Of a stretch of DNA of 64,000 bases, positions 52,858 through 64,000 are shown in pieces (the stretch's first letter is position 1; each line of letters starts with the position of its first letter). The DNA is from Eledone cirrhosa (Eukaryota): positions 31,248,001 through 31,312,000 of the forward strand of contig OZ024760.1 of assembly GCA_964016885.1 (NCBI GenBank), read 5' to 3'. Both the position numbers and the translations under genes were made by a program. The notes beneath the pieces were generated by a model. The model ran no database searches. It had not been told where the DNA came from and saw only the letters and a program-made list of their open reading frames with translations.

Positions 52858-55257
52858 CACAGGTTCTCAACCCATTTAGGCCAAACGCCCCCTTTTGTCC
52901 CTTGAAATCACGAAACGCCCCCCCCCCCCCCCCCCACCCTATTTTTCCATTTTTCAATATACTACTGATTTTGATATCAGTAGATTACTAAAAAATTGAT
53001 TAACTATATTCAGGCAGCTGAGAGTATAAATACATTCCTTGAAAGAAAATATATAAATTTCAAAAAAAGGAACATAAATGTTCTTTTTATGAATAAGGAC
53101 CAGTTGAATTTGTTATATTCCCACCAGGCGATACCAGCTATTTTGAACATTTATATAAGAGCAACTCTGTCTATCCCAAGAGTGCTCTTATCTGGAAGAA
53201 AGTGGCAATTATATCATTTCAAAGCTTTCCAATTTTCCCTTTAATGAAACAAATGTTGATATCAAACTTGATGTCCCCCTGCTTTGTGAGCTTAGAGACC
53301 ATGGAAGAGGGTTTCATGACCACGCGGGAGGGTATATTTATTAATAAATGGTAAAATATATACAACAAATGAGTAATTGAATTGTAGTAGATGGTTTCCA
53401 GTCCAGTCAGACTGCAACTACAAATAAAAAAATTGTTAGTTTGCTTTGTAACAATAGCATATCCAAGTTTTCGTATAAATCAACTTAATTTAACTTTGAC
53501 TCATTTCAATTGGACCCTTGAGCTTCATGGAGTCTAGCTAACTCTTTGACGTGAGGCTGAATTTTCTTAAGATGTAGCCAGAGATCTCCACGTGTAATTA
53601 CATTGTAGCGGTTGCGAGCCTTACTGTGTAGTCTGGAATCAACACAAAACCTCCTCTCGACTAAGTATGAGCTTGGAAAAGGCAGAGCAAATCTCTTAGT
53701 CTCTGCATGTAGGTGTGGAAATCAACGCTGAATTTCCTCTTGCATCCCAAAAAGGGGTTCACCTATTTTGGGAAATCTAATTTTGATCATGTCATCTGCT
53801 TGAAGTTCAATGAATTCTTCCTGAAATTTAACGTCCAAATCGTCGACGTTAACTATGAAAGCATCTGCTATCCACATTGGGATGTCCATCGGCAAAAGGT
53901 CGACAAACCGTTCTCTCATGTTGTCTTGTAGCGCACGGAGCTGAGTGGTATAAATTTGGAGTTGGTCATCGCTTACAATGTTTTGAACATTGGCGACACT
54001 AGGAAAATTATAGAATTCCCGTCAACAAAGATTCCTTTCGATGACATTCAATTTGGCCAGGAATGTTTTCACAGCATTCCTTGCTTTAAGCAAGGTGATC
54101 CCCTGCAAAGCCAAAATGACGCTATTGCATTTGTCGAAGATGTTGGTGAGGTAGGCGCAGTCTTGCCTCACATCGAGGGTTTTCTTGTACAGTTCTGTGT
54201 TGCGTCCTCGCAGAAATTCAACGATAGAATCGAAGAGTTCAAAGAAGTGAGTAAAGCACTTGCCCTTTGAAAGCCACCTCACTTCAGTATGAAGGAGCAA
54301 CTTGATGAATTCTTCGTCATTATCTTGGCACAGTTGCTGTAAAATTCGTTCATTGAGGGAATCAGTTTGATAAAATTAATGATATCAATGGCCACCTGCA
54401 AGGACTTGTTCATAGGCTTGCTGCATTTCTTCGCAGCCAAGTGTTGTCGATGAATGACACAATGAACAGCAAATACAGGTAGATTTTCTCTCTTCAGAAG
54501 AGTGACGAAGCCCTTATGTTGGCCGGCCATTGCTCCTGCGTTGTCCGTAGCACATGAAACAATGTGTGTTGTATATGGTCCTAGATGTATGTATTACCTG
54601 CCGGTGTGTTGTATGTAGTCCTAGATGTATGTATTACCTGCTTATGTATTGCATGTGGTCCCAGCTGTATGTATTACCTGCTTGTGTGTTGTATGTCGTC
54701 CTAGATGTGTGTATTACCTCCTTATGTGTTGTATATGGTCCTAGATGTATGTATTACCTGATTGTGTTGTATGTGGTCCTAGATGTTTGTATTACCTGCT
54801 TATGTGTTGTATGTGGTCCTAGATGTGTGTGCTACCCGCTTCTGTGTTTTCTTTTTTTTATTTTTATTTGTAATATTATTTATACAATAGGGAATAAAAT
54901 AGATCTACATAGTGTTAACTCGTTACGGTTGAGTCAATAATTTCAGACATGAAATACATTGTTATCGGTGAAGGAAAGATAAGATTCTAACTGGCTGCGC
55001 CCAAAGTGCCCTTTGACCCAGATGACTGAGTTTTTCATTTTTAGGATCTCAATTACCGGTTAATGTCTAGACACGCCTGCACACCTGCGGTCAGACTATA
55101 GTTATGCAGTCTGCAAGCTCATTCAAATGCACTCACACTGGCTGTCTCAAAGAATACAAATATGGCTTATAATACTTACCAAAGTAAAGTGTCTTCCAGC
55201 GCCCCCTAGCCTCAAACGCCCCCTGGGGGTGCATATGCCCCCCATTGAGAACCTTTG
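52858..55257 (-). mobile_element. hAT (Buster/Charlie-type) transposon, degenerate, with internal minisatellite of about 41 bp (54560-54835)
   Basis: 8-bp TSD gtctatac (52850-52857, 55258-55265); TIRs cacaggttctcaa / ttgagaacctttg; VHCVIHRQHL and LLHTEVRWLSKG. Confidence 0.92.
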
Positions 55258-55613
55258 GTCTATACCAAACGAATACTATTAATTCACACATGAGGGGTTT
55301 ATTTACGTGCCAGTAGGGGCATGATACAGCTAACAGTTATGCCTAAGCCTGGAGTTTATAGGTATAAGTATAATATGGCGGTCCAAACAGGCGGCGCGGC
55401 GGGCCCGGGGCAAAGCAAGCCGTTCCGAGTAATTTCGTTTACCGAAAGAGGGGAAATTTATTTTTCCAAGCACATAATTAACTCCGTATTCGCACCACCA
55501 ACTACACAAACGAAGACGGGTGAACTGCACTACGTTGAGTACTCTCCACAATATTACACCAAGATTGACCATACGGAATGACCAATTCTATCCAGTGGTG
55601 AACCAACCTAAAG

Positions 55614-55688
<75 letters not shown>

Positions 55689-55693
<5 letters not shown>

Positions 55694-56075
55694 AAGTTCT
55701 ATTTAATTTGTTGGGATACAAGCAAATATTTTTATAACTGATATAAAGCACTCAACAAATAATTGGAGTAAAAATACGATATTAACAAATGGAAACTATA
55801 TTTATAAAACCATATTTATTTCATTATACATATTTCAAGGACACCAAGTTAAATTATGGTGTGCTTTCATCAGATAAAATATAATATAGCTCCCGGGAGC
55901 TTCCAACAGTAATGGTCGCATTCTTTAAGGGTATGTCAATATTTATTTATAAAACTGATCTATATTATATTTTATCTGATGAAAGCACACCATAATTTAA
56001 CTTGGTGTCCTTGAAATATGTATAATGAAATAAATATGGTTTTATAAATATAGTTTCCATTTGTTAATATCGTAT
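55689..56075 (-). mobile_element. Family A fold-back insertion
   Basis: Arms 55774-55889 and 55960-56075; tail 55689-55773 homologous to 3270-3353. Confidence 0.78.
55968..56032 (+). ncRNA. Type I hammerhead motif (family A); mirror copy at 55817-55881 on -
   Basis: tattttat-CTGATGA-aagcacacca..tggtgtcctt-GAAA-tatgt-ATA-atgaaata. Confidence 0.8.
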
Positions 56076-56478
56076 ATATATAGTGTACTACGTAGAGAGA
56101 GAATGAAAATCTATTAGGAAGGGAATTTTCAACTTTCATTTTCTCTTTACTGTATATATGTCAATAGGAAGACGACAAGACACACATTCGGGAAGTGAAA
56201 CTTCAAAAATAGAAAATGACGAATCGAACTGAGAAACAGGAAATACTTTCTATTGACGGCTAAGGAATGGGAGTGGTAGTGGGAGAGAGAGGGCGCGGGA
56301 CAGGGAGAGAGAGAGAGGGCGCAGGAAGATAGAGGGGGGGGGGCAGGGAGAAAGAAACAGAACGAATGTAATACATGACAGGAGAGAGGGAGAGAGAGGA
56401 TGGGGGAGAAGAGAGAGAGACTGAGACAGAGAGAGAGAGACCCCTAAATGTTGAGAATTATTCAGTAAAACCCCAAAA

Positions 56479-56682
56479 GGGTAATTTACTATTTTACGTT
56501 CGTAAACTAAACGATTCCCGAATGTCAATAAAAAAAAAACTTTATTAAAATTAATACAAATTACTGATAACTTGCAGCATTTTCAATTGTTATCAGTAAT
56601 TTGTATTAATTTTAATAAAGTTTTGTTTTTTATTGACATTCGGGAATCATTTAGTTTACGAACGTAAAATAGTAAATTACCC
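56479..56682. repeat. Palindrome with arms of about 97 bp
   Basis: gggtaatttactattttacgttcg... / ...cgaacgtaaaatagtaaattaccc. Confidence 0.9.
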
Positions 56683-56787
56683 CCCAAAAGATAGTTTATT
56701 ACCAACCACGTCCGAATGTCTCTCAAAACGAAAAAAATTCGAAGACGTAAACAAACTTTACACGTCATCATCAATAGCCCCTTTCGA

Positions 56788-57112
56788 CCTTACCGAGGTG
56801 TCGGTGTTCCTGGTTGTTGGTTGTTCCAGCTCCTTAGCTTCGCCATCACCCGGCCTTACCGAGGTGTCGGTGTTCCTGGTTGTTGGTTGTTCCAGCTCCT
56901 TAGCTTCGCCATCACCCGGCCTTACCGAGGTGTCGGTGTTCCTGGATGTTGGTTGTTTCAGGTCCTTAGCCTCGCCATCACCCGGCCTTACCGAGGTGTC
57001 GGTGTTCCTGGATGTTGGTTGTTTCAGGTCCTTAGCCTCGCCATCACCCGGCCTTACCGAGGTGTCGGTGTTCCTGGATGTTGGTTGTTCCAGTTCCTTA
57101 GCCTCGCCATCA
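56788..57112. repeat. 66-bp GC-rich tandem repeat x5
   Basis: Unit starts ccttaccgaggtgtcggtgttcctgg. Confidence 0.95.
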
Positions 57113-57164
57113 CGCGTGGTAATGCTGCGAGGGTGTTGGCTTGCCTCAAAGTGTTTAGTTAACC

Positions 57165-57509
57165 CAGAAGTTCTCAAACCTTTGGGGACATCGCCCCCTT
57201 ACGGCCACATAATACCCTCAGTACCCCCAACCCTATTTCCAGAGAGATCTGTCTACACGCAAAATGTATATATAAAAGATATATATATATAAATATAAAT
57301 ATATATATAATAAATAAATTCATTAATTTATATATAATAAATAATATAATATATACTATGTATAAACAAATATATATTTTATATTTTACTACATTTATAT
57401 ATAATATGTAACATTTGATATTTAATATACTATTATATCATCTCTACTGCCCCCTTAGGCAACCCTGGCCCTTCTCAATGTCCCTTAGCGTCCACTTAGA
57501 GAACCTTTG
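57165..57509. mobile_element. hAT-family MITE
   Basis: 8-bp TSD agttaacc; TIRs cagaagttctc / gagaacctttg match the hAT at 52858. Confidence 0.8.
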
Positions 57510-58359
57510 AGTTAACCCCTACGACGTAAGGAAAACACCAAATGGTCGTTAAAATAAAATGCAAGTAACTCAATGTGAATCGATTAAATCGACTAAGGTG
57601 TGGCCGATTGTCGCACTTGGTGGTGAATTGCACACCTGTTCAATGAGTTATATATAAAAAATGATATCCTTGTTATATACTCAATATATATTTTATTCTA
57701 TGCTAAATAAAAATACGTCAGAAAAATATTAAAAATTATGGAAGATTAAACACACCAATTAAAATTTATCATTATAGCTGTGAAGGGTGATATTATAATA
57801 TTGTTTTTATATGGGCACAAGGCCAGCAATTTTGGGGGAGAGGAAAGTCGATTAAATCGACTCCAGTGGGTGACTGGTACTTTATTTTACCGACCCCGTA
57901 AGGATGAAAGGCAAAGTTAACCTCGGCGGGATTTGAACTCAGATCATAAAGGGCCATAACTCTATGCTGCAAAGCATGGTACCCGAGGGTGGTGTTATAA
58001 ATATTGCCAGAAAATATATAGTAAAACACACAGACTAGCAATATAGGTGAGGGGCGGTCGAGCGTTTCTGGGGTGATGGTCCAGATTTGGTCAATTTAGT
58101 TGTAGTGATTAGTTTAGCTGTTATCAAATATCAACCAAGATATTAAAACACTTTGATATATTATAAACATAACATGTACATAAATGTACACATATGTGTT
58201 TGTGTATGGGTGTTTGTATATGTATGTGTATGTTTGTATCTGTTTATATATATGTGTGTGTGTATGTATATGTGTGTATATGTATGTATATATAAAACCA
58301 TATGTTGATTTAAAACTTCACTATTCTCAAGTGTTTTTAAGCTTCATATCATGTATCCC

Positions 58360-58430
58360 TATTTTATCTGATGAAAACGCAGATATCATCCCAGGATGAT
58401 ATTTGTTTTTGAAATGCGCATAATAAAATA
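58360..58430 (+). ncRNA. Type I hammerhead motif (family A-related)
   Basis: tattttat-CTGATGA-about 16-bp stem II-GAAA-tgcgc-ATA-ataaaata; stem III is the palindrome atgcgcat. Confidence 0.82.
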
Positions 58431-58460
58431 CTTGGAACTCTTTTAACCATCTTTTGATCT

Positions 58461-58527
<67 letters not shown>

Positions 58528-58591
58528 CACATACATATATATATATCATCATCATCATCATTTTACGTCCACTTTTCCCTGCTTGCAAGGG

Positions 58592-58632
<41 letters not shown>

Positions 58633-58711
58633 CCTTGCAGAACAAAAGATGGTTAAAAGAGTTCACAGTATTATGATGATGATGATATATATATATATGT
58701 ATGTGTGTGTG

Positions 58712-58745
<34 letters not shown>

Positions 58746-59914
58746 TACACACACACAAATACACATATACAAACACACATACACATATACAAACACACAC
58801 ACACATATATATACACACACACACATATATACAAACACAGATACACCCATACACACACATATTTATTTGTATTATCAACTAAACAGAAATTGAAAGTGAA
58901 AACTATATTTCATAGAATTTCGTCAGATTTATTCGCAGTAACATTTTCAACTACGGTTTCTCTATATAAAGAATTTGCCATATAAAACCATTTATAAGTG
59001 AGTTGCTGACATATTAGACGGTCATATCTTCTCGCCGTTCCCTTTTTGGTAAGTATTAAACTTTTATTAACAGTTGTATAAATGACATTACAAATCGTTT
59101 GTCATTCTTTCAGAATGAAAATATAAACAAGGCATATAAATAAATTCACAGTAGAATAACATAACAAATATGTTTTAAATATATACATAAATAACATTAC
59201 AAATGCTTAGACAACATTATAAATGAACCTAATACTTTATTTCATAAATATATCCTTCATAGTTGCACAAACAACATTACAAATCGTTTGCAATTCCTTC
59301 AGAATGAAAATATAAACAGAGCATATAAATAAATTTACAGTAGAATAACATAACAAATATGTTTTAAATATATATTACTCGCGATTCTTTCAGAAAGATA
59401 TATTCTTTTAATGTTACAATATTGTTACTTTTTGATCTACCCTATCTTATATTCTACTTTTACTTTTTACATCTGTAACTTCTCTACCTATTTACCATAC
59501 ATGTATTATTATTGTCGGACGCCATTCTTTGGCGCATAGAGTTACGGCCCTTGCCATTCTGGTTCAAATCCCGTCGAGGTTAACTTTGCCTTTCATCCTT
59601 ACGGGGTCGATAAAATAAAGTACCAGTAATACACTGGTTAATTGCTGGCCTTGTGCCAAAAGTAGAAACAATTATTATTGATGTCATTGTTTTAATTATA
59701 CGCTATTTCTCTATATAAGTCTTGCCTCGAGTGAATTATTTTCATATCTACATGGTCTGATGTGTTGACGATAGGTGAATAATGTATTGGAGATCAAATA
59801 ACGCAACATCAAGCGATTAGCGAACTCTAGACCCACATGATCAACGAAACAATTGTCAGTACTTTAAATAAAGCCCTTATTGTACAGCCAACCATGTTAA
59901 TCTTCATTCTTTAA

Positions 59915-59964
<50 letters not shown>

Positions 59965-59994
59965 AGATCAAAAGATGGTTAAAGGAGTTCCATA

Positions 59995-60065
59995 TATTTT
60001 ATTATGCGCATTTCAAAAACAAACATCATCAAACAATAATATTTGTGTTTTCATCAGATAAAACA
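59995..60065 (-). ncRNA. Type I hammerhead motif (same family as 58360)
   Basis: tgttttat-CTGATGA-aaacacaaatattatt..gatgatgtttgttttt-GAAA-tgcgc-ATA-ataaaata; upstream region 60160-60575 is duplicated in tandem (about 200 bp). Confidence 0.8.
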
Positions 60066-61039
60066 GGAGAACATGATATGAAGGCTAAAAAAACACTTGT
60101 TGATAGTGCAGTTTTAAATCAACATATGAAAAGTGGTTTTAGATTGATGTGTGATATTGGGAAAAATATTTTATTTAGAGAGGGGGGGGGGAGAAAAGGA
60201 TGAAAAGGGAAGGAGATGAGAGGGAGAGATGGGTGATAGAGAGAAAGAGATAGTTTTTATAACTGAGAGGAGATATATTTTATATAGAGGGGTTGAAAAC
60301 CGTTGGAAGATACTGTATAAATTAAAAATTTTGAAAATTAACGAAGGGAGGATATGTGCGAGGAAAAAATATTTTATTTAGGGAGGGGGGGGGGGGGAAA
60401 GGATGAAAAAAAGGGGAGGAGATGAGAGTGAAGGTGGAAAGGGAGAGATGGGTGATAGAGAGAAAGAGATAGTTTTTATAACTGAGAAAAAGATATAATG
60501 TTTTAATATAGAGAGGTTGGGAACCGTTGGAAGATAATGTATAAATTAAAGGAATTTGAAAATTAACGAAGGGAAATTATGTATGAAGATAGAGAGAAAA
60601 AAATAATAATTGTGGGTGAATATTCTAACGTCAATTTAGAATATATATATATATATATATATATATATCGTCTAACCCATGCTAGCGTGGAAGATGGACG
60701 TTAAACGAAGATGATGATATATGTCTCTGTGTGTGCGTTTGTATGTATATAAAAATATAGTAATAATAATAAATGTGAAGACTAAAATCCAAAGAGGGCT
60801 CGATAAGGATATATATATATATCAAATATATAAGAACTCTAGAGCAAATATTTATTAAAATAACAGATTGTTTCAGAAGATCCCGTTAAGGGTGAAAGCA
60901 ACGATTCTTTGCTTAAACTTTAATCTGTTATTTTAATAAATAAATATATACATACATACATTTAAAAAAATATATATATATATATTAAAAAAAAGTCTAA
61001 AGTCTGTCTTAAGCCAGAAGGCTCATTTGGCGCGGTGAA

Positions 61040-64000
61040 AACAATTACACGCAAAGACAAAACTACATTTATGGTATAAATGAAGTATTCTTTTCTAAAG
61101 ACAATAAATATGTAAATACAAATATCATATAGCGATATATCAGATGAAAGAATGGTATTTAACTAATGTATTGGTACGCGATGGGGCCCACCCACAGCCC
61201 CGGCGGACAGAATGGAGAAGGCGTTTCCCCGGGGGACGGCAAGGGAGGCGCGCTCGAAAAGCCACTCCAACTCGCGGGGCTCACACCTGCGGCTAGCCAG
61301 CTCAGTGCCTATGGTGGTGAGTAAGGAGGTAGCCCTGGGGCCGAGGACACCAGAAGTCTCCACTGCCAGGGGAACGACTGCAAACCTGTCGGAGAGCGAC
61401 CAGTATTTGAGGAGTTTGGCCTCCTCAGCCCGACGTGCAGCAGAACCTGGGTCAGTCACAGACTGCACCAGGTTGCGGCTGCAGAAAGTGTCGGTGCAAG
61501 TGGCATCCCAGACGAGGGGTTTGCCACCGCTGAACGGGAAGATGGTCATGCCATCTGGCCTTTTGCCGTCCCCTCGATCCAGCCCCACCGGCTCGAGCTG
61601 GGAAGGGAAGCCTGCAGCGTCCAAGCCATGCTTGATGACCTCGTTGAGGGCAGCATGGCGTGGAATGTGGCTGGCACTGTGGCGACAGGAAAGCGGGTGG
61701 AGGCCGAAAGAGTCCACGGTGGAACCACAGTGACATTGGTGTGGCTGGCAGATCCGGAGGCCGAGCCTCAGGGAAACGCCGATTCGCAGGCTATGGTTGT
61801 CTAGCTGCGTGCCAGTGGAGAAGGAGGGCAGGGCATGGAGCCAGGCACCACTGTGGGGTTTGGAGGCTGCACAAAAATAAGCAAGGCGGTGCTGGTCGAG
61901 CTGGCGCGTGAGCCTGTCTGAAGCCAGGCTGCACCGGATGGCATCCCAAGTGCGTTGTGGGGACTTGACGTCAACAGGGGGAGATGGAGGAGGGACGTCT
62001 ACTGGGCTAAGTCCCAGCCGGTCCCACGTCTCACAGGCGGCTTCACGTTCTCTGAACACAGAGGGTTCTGTTGTGTTTTGAAGAACCCTGCTGCCGAGGA
62101 CACAGCACGAGGTTACTGACAAAAGATACACCAGCAAAACTAGTGAGATCGGGGACCGGAGGCCAAGGCTGCCATACCTGACCGGTAAAGTGGCCTGTTG
62201 CCACCCTATGTTGTCAAACTTGACGTGCATATCCCCTCGGCTGCTGCTCGGATACAAGTATCGAGGTCAGTGAGGAGAGATGTCTGGGTGTAGCATGGAG
62301 CACTGCGGAGTGTATAGAGGTGCTTCGGCATGGCGAAGCAGTTCCTCCGCAGAAAGAGAGCTGGGTGGCCGTCAATCAAGCCCAGTCGGCTCGTGAGAGT
62401 CTGGAGCTGTTGAAGCCTGGACCTGATGGTGGAGCGGATGGCCGGCGGTTGGATCAGTGACCCAAGGATGAGGACATCCTCTTTGGGGGTCACCTGAACC
62501 TGGCGGAGAATGGACCGCACATCCAAGACGGAGGCTGCAAAGCTCGCAGCATCGAGGCTGATGTTCACCACCTCCGACTTGGCCGAGTTGACCTGGAGGC
62601 TGATTCCCGCCAGGGCAGGAATTATCGATTGAAGGTCATGGCAGACCGCCCAACGTAGCATCATCCAGATACCAAACGTTGAGACGGGCCGTGATACTCC
62701 GGGCGATGTGGTCAATACCAAGGGCGAACAGGAGGGGTCCGAAAGGGTCGCCCTGATGGAGCCCAGTAGCCGAGGGTATGACCGTATCAGCAGCTAGGAG
62801 CATGCTCAGGGCTCCATATGACAGGTAGGCCAGCGGGTAATCAGAGGGGGCTCGGTTGAGGCAGGCATCGAGCAGATGATCTCGGCGTAAGGAGTTAAAG
62901 GCATTCCTCATGTCAAGCTTGACAATGAGGTGCCTGGAGTCCCTGGATGCCGGTACCGATGGGCAGCTGCTGAAGTACTGCCTGATTGCATGAGCGTCTC
63001 CCTCACAGCCACCGGACACACTGACACCCAGTTGCACCGGACTAAACTCCTCACCCAGTTCGTCTGTGACGGACTTGCAGATCACCTTGGCAGCCAGCCT
63101 CCGGAAGACATTGCACACAGTAATGGGGCGTATGCCACCCTCTTTCTTCCTGAGACCGGTGAGGCTGGCTGAAAAAAAAAGGGCTTGGGCGTAAGGGTCG
63201 AGGGCACCATGAATGAGCCTATTGGTGAGCGCCACAATTGCACTCAGAAAGTGGCGCCCGGCCTCAGCGGAGAGGGGGGATGTCAACTCCTTGAGGTGGC
63301 CTGGTCGGAGACCATCAACACCTCCGCAGCTGCTAGCTGGGAAGGACCTGATGGCGGACATGATATCTGCATCAGTAGTCACAAGGAGCAAGTGGGGGTA
63401 TGGGTCTGAGATCAGTGGGTGGCTCAGGGTGTTTGAGCTGCAGAGCAGCCAGGACCGCCTCGGTAGGTTGGAGGACAGTGTCCTCTGTGGCAACAACTCT
63501 GACTGCGGCCGAGACATCACCCATGATAAACTTTGCGTTTACCTGGTCACGCAAACGCTTGAGGCTGGCCTCGGGGGTGGAGGATAGGGGGTACCTGAGG
63601 GTGGGGTGTGTGGCGTCCCAGGGCACGTTTGGAATGGGCGCTCGCCCAAATGACGAGACATTGACCTTGACGAAGGCTGCTGTTGACCGGCCGCCCCGGT
63701 CAGCGGCAGAACTGGGGAGGCCGAGGGCGAGTGGGGCGAAATAGAACAGCTGCTCCCAGTCCCTAGCTCGATTGGAGTCCAGGGCGCTCTCAATCGAGGA
63801 AGCAAGGGCATCCCGTGCCACTTTCAGGATCCTGAGTGGGATCTTCCAGAACCGCCTGAGCCGAGCGATATTGACCAGCGAGGCTCGGGCGTCAGGCAAG
63901 CTCGCTGTCACATCTGCTGGTGTGCCAGACGGCCGTGGCTGGGAAGATGTGGGGAAGAGTCAACTCCTGCGCCTCCATGCTGCGAGGGCATTGGAAGCTC
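61040..64000 (-). mobile_element. Second CRE-clade retrotransposon family, frameshifted, runs off the window end
   Basis: GIRPI..FRRLAAK..KLDMRNAFNS..GLHQGDPFGP..WYLDD; CHCG..HPLSC..RH..KRPDG..LVWDAT. Confidence 0.9.

Larger units (their letters stand above)
52030..55610 (-). mobile_element. Probable PLE 3' region (about 1.2 kb) interrupted by a hAT insertion
   Basis: Hammerhead, AATAAA and short tail, then (TA)n; the two parts rejoin at the gtctatac duplication. Confidence 0.5.

Overview
Repeat-dense eukaryotic DNA, inferred to be from a coleoid cephalopod (probably an octopod) from the (TA)n-rich background, PHD-containing RTE LINEs with (GAT)n tails and their partner tRNA-derived SINEs. 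One host gene is well supported: a 5-exon, phase-consistent quick-to-court (qtc)-like coiled-coil/GRIP-domain CDS on + (15750-34614, 524 aa). Most of the rest is mobile DNA: RTE, Tx1-like and CRE LINEs, a Neptune-type Penelope-like element (PLE), hAT, Tc1/mariner, Merlin, Harbinger and Helitron-type pieces, SINEs and mini/microsatellites. The main unexplained structure is a set of about ten fold-back palindromes, mostly in (TA)n. Most have one arm ending at a family-fixed point, one arm with a 37-85 nt unpaired tail, and type I hammerhead ribozyme motifs whose stems co-vary between copies. Other candidates are a compact-intron cassette (SGNH hydrolase, BACK-like gene, unknown ORF) next to a Helentron-like end, and a 48-bp minisatellite that behaves like a coding exon. 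All calls were made by eye; no searches or folding programs were run.
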